Shown: positions 59,952 through 64,000 of the stretch, piece by piece | How the letters are laid out: the number at the start of each line of letters is the position of its first letter | Position numbering within the stretch: the stretch's first letter is position 1 | Assembly (NCBI GenBank): GCA_022340885.1 | Contig: JAJDND010000159.1 | Span: forward strand, 3,395 to 67,394 | Source of the DNA: Desulfobacterales bacterium | Lineage (GTDB): Bacteria > Desulfobacterota > Desulfobacteria > Desulfobacterales > UBA11574 | Direction of reading: 5' to 3' | DNA length: 64,000 nucleotides | The notes under the pieces: generated by a model | The model's input: the letters and a program-made list of their open reading frames with translations, nothing else | What the model was told of the DNA's origin: nothing | Databases searched by the model: none | Translations under genes and position numbers: made by a program

Positions 59952-61079
59952 TTATGCCTCCACCTTCATGCCGTTTGTGAGATTTGCAGGGGGTTTTACG
60001 ACGTAACGCTCTCCTTCAGTAAGGCCCGAAAGAACTTCTATGGATAAACCAAAAATTCTGCCGGTTCGTATGAGGCGAAATTTTGCGATCTGCGCGTTAT
60101 CCAAGAGATAAATGCCGGTCAACTGCCCTGAATGAATAACCGCTGTTTGCGGGATCAGCATCAATTCGGAACTGCCGATTTGAATGGCCCCCCGAGCGAA
60201 CATTCCGGATCGAAGTCCGCGGTCCATCGGCAATCGCACCTTGATCAAAAAAGAAAAGCTTTTTGTATCCACGGCCGGAAAAATATCCTGCACAGATCCA
60301 GGAAAACTTTTGTTGTTGAGGGCGGGAACCGTCACGGTTACTTTTTGGTTCAAGGTTACAAGATGGGCATACTGTTCGGGCACCACCAGGTCGGCGACAT
60401 AACGATTTTTGTCTTCAATTGAAAACATGGGTTTTTCCGGCGCGGCAAGGTCTCCCACATCGACCATTTTAGCCCGAATGATACCGTCATAAGGCGCCAG
60501 TATAACGGTATCTTTCGCCCTGACATGAGCCAATGCCAGGGCTGCTTCGGCCTCTTTGACACGCTCTTTTGCGGCGGCCAGGGCGGCTTGGGCCTGCTGG
60601 TAGCGGGATTTGATCTCATCAAACTCCTGCGCACTGGCGGATTCGTCTTTCATGAGGTTCCGGTAGCGATTGTAGGTGGTCGTCGCAAGTTCTGCGCCCG
60701 CCTTGGCCGAGGTTTCGGCACGCCGGGCTGCACCAAGCGCGGCTTTTGCCTGGTGAAGCATTGCTTTGGCCTGCCGGTTGTCGATGGTCGCCAGCCGATC
60801 CCCGGTTTTAACCGGGTCTCCTTCCCGAACAAAGACTTTTTCCACGGATCCCATAACCTTGCTGGAAATGGTGGAAACGGTTTTGGCGCTGACGGTTCCG
60901 ACGGATTCGTAAATCGCAGGATGACGGATAATCTTAGCGGTGGCGACGACGGTTCTTACGCTCCCTTTATTAGATGCTTTGGATTTGACGTTTCCAGGTT
61001 CAATTTTTTCGCCGCAACCCATGAAGAGAATGACCGCGATAGAAATTAAAAAATACAAAAATGGTTTGTTTTTCCGCAT
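59952..61079 (-). CDS. RND efflux periplasmic adaptor (lipoprotein)
   Basis: Start at the ATG at 61077-61079, preceded by AAGGAG (MRKNKPFLYFLISIAVILFMGCGEK, lipobox FMGC). The ORF-track start at 61106 adds 9 aa. Lipoyl/hairpin/barrel order. Confidence 0.88.
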   Translation of the reverse strand: MRKNKPFLYFLISIAVILFMGCGEKIEPGNVKSKASNKGSVRTVVATAKIIRHPAIYESVGTVSAKTVSTISSKVMGSVEKVFVREGDPVKTGDRLATIDNRQAKAMLHQAKAALGAARRAETSAKAGAELATTTYNRYRNLMKDESASAQEFDEIKSRYQQAQAALAAAKERVKEAEAALALAHVRAKDTVILAPYDGIIRAKMVDVGDLAAPEKPMFSIEDKNRYVADLVVPEQYAHLVTLNQKVTVTVPALNNKSFPGSVQDIFPAVDTKSFSFLIKVRLPMDRGLRSGMFARGAIQIGSSELMLIPQTAVIHSGQLTGIYLLDNAQIAKFRLIRTGRIFGLSIEVLSGLTEGERYVVKPPANLTNGMKVEA

Positions 61080-61229
61080 GACCGACTCCTTGAAAAATAC
61101 GAGCAATTGTGATACAATACATTGTATTTATTGTGTATATGGTTTGCGAATTTGAATTCCCCACCACTTGCATTACGCGATAAATTCAAATAGCGGCATA
61201 GCCGCGTTTCATAAAATCGTTGCACGATT

Positions 61230-62627
61230 TTATTGAAAATCACTGTTTATGGTCCCCGCTGCCAGTTCAAGCTCGATGCGGGCCACCTTGTAGTCGTGAA
61301 GCGCCCTGAAATAGCTCGTTCGGGCCTGCTGGCGGGCCAGCTCTGCATCGAGAAGGCCGACAATGGTTAACAACCCGTTGTTGTAGCGATTTTTCACAAT
61401 GCGTAATCCTTCTTCAGCCTGATCCACCGCGATTTTCGCTACCCGTATTCTTTCCCGGGCGCTTTGAGCTTTTAGAAAAGCCTGCCGGGTTTGGACTTGA
61501 ACACCCAGAGCCACGCTTTTTTGTATTTCCCTGACACGGGCCAGCATAGATTTTGCGGCTCTGGTTTCTTCGGTGATGCGGTTTCCGCTAAAAATGTTGA
61601 GTCGCATCACGGCGCCGAAGCTGTAATTGTTCGCCGAATCATTGAAATTTTCAGAATTGATTTCATAATTTCCGACCAGATCGATATCCGGGTAATGACC
61701 GGCGCGTGCTTTTTTCACCTCTTTTTCGGCGATTTTTTCCTCCAGACGCAGATTTTCCATTTCCGGGCGTTTGGACAAGGCGGTCGCAATCCACGAGTCG
61801 ATGGTCCCGGTGATATCGGCGCCAATAGTCAGGGGTGTGACCGGATTCAAGGAATCGGCTTTTCCCGAACCCATGGCAGCGTTCAGCATCGCCTCGCTTA
61901 TTTTATACCGGCTTTGGGTCAAAAGCTGCTGTTGCTTCAAATCGGCAATATGAACCTCGGCTCTTAAAAGATCGCTTTTGACCACAAAGCCTCGGTTATA
62001 GCGCGACCGGATCATATTCAGATTGGCCTTCGACGTGTCAAGGGCCTGTTGGGTCACCATGATATTTTTCTGGGATAAAACAAGACCGGCATATGCTGTA
62101 GCGGTTTTGGCGATCACGTTTTGCCGGGTTCGTTCAAGGGTCAAGGTTGCCGTCTGCAGGTTCAATTTGGACTGTTCCCAGCCGATTTTTGTTCGGCCGC
62201 CTTTAAAAACAGACCAGGAGACGGACACGTCGGATGCAAAGTTGTTGATGGGATCCGGATTATTCAGCAGTTGGGGATTGAAGTCCGCCAGGGTAATCAC
62301 CTCTTGATTCAGCTTGGTGCCGAACGCATACATGGGGTTGGTCGTTCGGTTGAATGTTTCCGAAAAATTGACCTGGGGGTAAAAACCCGCCAACGCCTTG
62401 GTTGAATTGGATTTGAAGGCTTCCACCTGAAAAATTGCCGCTGTTATTTCAGGATTTTGTTTCACGGCAATCCGAATCGCTTCCGTCATGGACAATGGCT
62501 CGGGAGACGGTTGCCCTGGATCGTCTGCTGCGCCGGCAAATGTCGGGCAAAGAATAGATATACAGACGACGATCGATACCAATAGATAAATATGAAAGGG
62601 TTTCATAAGACTTCTCCAAATTGTCAA
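61230..62627 (-). CDS. TolC-family outer-membrane efflux protein
   Basis: 465 aa. Signal peptide (…PTFAGAAD) and two TolC repeats with long coiled coils. First gene of the TolC-MFP-RND operon. Confidence 0.9.
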   Translation of the reverse strand: MTIWRSLMKPFHIYLLVSIVVCISILCPTFAGAADDPGQPSPEPLSMTEAIRIAVKQNPEITAAIFQVEAFKSNSTKALAGFYPQVNFSETFNRTTNPMYAFGTKLNQEVITLADFNPQLLNNPDPINNFASDVSVSWSVFKGGRTKIGWEQSKLNLQTATLTLERTRQNVIAKTATAYAGLVLSQKNIMVTQQALDTSKANLNMIRSRYNRGFVVKSDLLRAEVHIADLKQQQLLTQSRYKISEAMLNAAMGSGKADSLNPVTPLTIGADITGTIDSWIATALSKRPEMENLRLEEKIAEKEVKKARAGHYPDIDLVGNYEINSENFNDSANNYSFGAVMRLNIFSGNRITEETRAAKSMLARVREIQKSVALGVQVQTRQAFLKAQSARERIRVAKIAVDQAEEGLRIVKNRYNNGLLTIVGLLDAELARQQARTSYFRALHDYKVARIELELAAGTINSDFQ

Positions 62628-62779
62628 GATGGGTTCTAATGGTATAAGCTTCTGAAATAGTATTGTTTTACAACCGGGTGGGCACTTTATTTTTGAGACT
62701 GTAAAGTTAGTATATGCTCATTATCCACAGAAATCAAGATCTTGTAAAAATGATGTCAATTTCGGATTGATATTGGACA

Positions 62780-62925
62780 ATGGCATTAAATAAAATTACA
62801 AGAATTAATAGGCGACAGAAGTGATAAGCCGCCCTACCATCAATAGGGCCCTTAAAGAGTTCAAAGATCAAGGGAAAATTACATGCATCAAACCGGGAAG
62901 GGATGCGATATGGGAAAAAAGATGA
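62780..62925 (+). pseudogene. Possible remnant of a winged-helix/HTH regulator gene (frame-broken)
   Basis: A short frame MALNKITRINRRQK-stop (62780-62824) is followed in another frame by VISRPTINRALKEFKDQGKITCIKPGRDAIWEKR-stop (62821-62925). The SRPTINRALKE...G.I pattern resembles an HTH recognition helix plus wing. No intact gene remains. Confidence 0.25.
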
Positions 62926-62931
62926 TCATAT

Positions 62932-63249
62932 TCAATTAGGATCAACCTCGGATCTGTCAGACTTATCAAAGGTTCTCGAGGCGAATGATATTTTCATATT
63001 TTTGATAGTTATATGAATATTCGTCAGGGTAAAAGAGATTATCATTGGCACTGAATTAAATGGGAAATTAAATGGCAGTGCATCGTAAATTTTAAACCGG
63101 CTTGGATCGAAACAAGGGCGTACAATATATAGTGTATAGGAAAGGGTTAGATTTTCATTAAAAAATTGAAACTGAGTTATAGATAGGTTTTGAGTATCAC
63201 ATGCGCTTGGAATCATTAGATATCTGGCTTTATTGCAAGGTATCACCAA
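62932..63249 (-). CDS. Hypothetical protein (doubtful ORF in AT-rich DNA)
   Basis: 105 aa, rich in F/I/N/S as expected from AT-rich sequence. It overlaps the hydrolase stop by 20 nt. I recognise no motif. Confidence 0.2.
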   Translation of the reverse strand: MVIPCNKARYLMIPSACDTQNLSITQFQFFNENLTLSYTLYIVRPCFDPSRFKIYDALPFNFPFNSVPMIISFTLTNIHITIKNMKISFASRTFDKSDRSEVDPN

Positions 63250-64000
63250 CTATGGAATTATCCCACAAAACAACCAGATTTATTTTTCCCCAAGATTTAA
63301 CCACATGCTTTTCGACTATTCCTAAACACTTGACACCTTTTCTTTTTTTTAATTTCAGATTACGGATTTCCTTGATTCCCTTTGAAATTTTTGGGTTGGC
63401 AGTCATCAGTGCGGTTTTTAACCGCTCGATATAGTCATTTGGAAAGGTCCATATCGGGCGTTCTGATGTTGTTACCAACCCTTTTTCGTTTGGAGCCAGG
63501 TCGCACATCAATGACATGAGGATGTCGCTGCTGGCCCAAGGGCTGTTCCGAAAATAGGCATGCCCGTTTCCCTCGGCCGAACCTTCAGCATTCGAAACAT
63601 CGATGAGAATGAGCTGCGGTGTGTTGTTGAGGTATTGAACGACAATCGGGTTGAGGGCCAGCCCCTCGGTCTGGCCTAGTCGATCGCGACGAAACAACCA
63701 TCTGGAGATGTTAAGAGCCTTGTCCTTGTGCGACATATAGATGGTCATGGTTTCCGGCATCTTGAGCATGTCTTCTGCAAGAAGTGCGCCGAACAGTTGA
63801 CGGTCGTAGTCGCTTCCGACCAAGATGATCCGCCCGATGCGGCACCTGCGACGGATTTCGGCCTTATCGTCATTCTTATGGATAAACGAAAGCTGTGACA
63901 GTGTGTTTAGGGCAACCCGTGTCCCGGCACTGTATCCAAGGATGTGGATTCGCTCGGCGTTAGTGTCTTCGGCAAGAAATTCCAACAGTTTCCGAAGATT
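63230..64000 (-). CDS. Alpha/beta-hydrolase (DUF900-like), N-terminus outside the window
   Basis: The frame is open to the window edge. Nucleophile elbow HILGYSAGTRV (GxSxG), later VGSDYD and GNGHAYF (candidate Asp/His). The M at 63985 in the ORF track is probably internal. Confidence 0.72.
   Translation of the reverse strand, partial: NLRKLLEFLAEDTNAERIHILGYSAGTRVALNTLSQLSFIHKNDDKAEIRRRCRIGRIILVGSDYDRQLFGALLAEDMLKMPETMTIYMSHKDKALNISRWLFRRDRLGQTEGLALNPIVVQYLNNTPQLILIDVSNAEGSAEGNGHAYFRNSPWASSDILMSLMCDLAPNEKGLVTTSERPIWTFPNDYIERLKTALMTANPKISKGIKEIRNLKLKKRKGVKCLGIVEKHVVKSWGKINLVVLWDNSIVGDTLQ

Noticed and set aside
56694-62627. Interpreting the TolC-first operon as a CzcCBA-type heavy-metal (HME) RND system because of its gene order.
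   Set aside because: The pump's TM4 region reads [13 protein letters not shown], which is hydrophobe/amphiphile-like. It is not the heavy-metal-type motif, and the N-terminus does not resemble CzcA.

Overview
This is a 64-kb, almost fully coding chromosomal segment whose gene content looks deltaproteobacterial (Desulfobacterales-like). I found no rRNA, tRNA, CRISPR array, transposase or integrase.

Gene content, left to right:
- 1-6.8 kb: a YbhGFSR-type operon (TetR, HlyD, tandem ABC ATPase, two ABC-2 permeases).
- 7-13.3 kb: a five-gene Opp/Dpp-type peptide importer.
- 13.4-21.2 kb: enoyl-CoA hydratase, rplM-rpsI, a CYTH + EEP pair, a two-cistron RdgC-like locus, nfi, a YkgJ-type Cys-cluster protein, PilZ and MscS.
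- 21.3-33.9 kb: a TetR-ALDH-EmrA-EmrB-like operon, a PaaI thioesterase, an AcrAB-NodT-like RND operon and cfa.
- 33.9-42.2 kb, visibly low-GC: a 1134-aa PHP (EndoQ-like) nuclease fused to a UvrD helicase, then a 382-bp extremely AT-rich spacer, then dnaN-gyrB-thyA with no dnaA and no recF.
- 42.2-54.1 kb: asnS, htrA, a fused radical-SAM/DUF2344-like gene, rng, and rpmH-rnpA-yidD-yidC-jag-mnmE.
- 54.1-64 kb: a second YkgJ gene, an Lpp-like lipoprotein next to an L,D-transpeptidase, a TolC-MFP-RND operon, and an AT-rich degraded region ending in a DUF900-like hydrolase.

Best candidate for something undescribed: the EndoQ-like nuclease/UvrD helicase fusion. Its last residues are QLKLF, which matches the beta-clamp-binding motif, and it sits head-to-head with dnaN inside a compositionally distinct block.

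Other leads: the radical-SAM/RNase G linkage, the Lpp-like/LDT pair, the RdgC locus split by one in-frame TAA, the ALDH embedded in an efflux operon, a two-helix insertion in OppC, and several palindromic or iterated DNA elements.

All family assignments come from reading motifs by eye. No searches were run.
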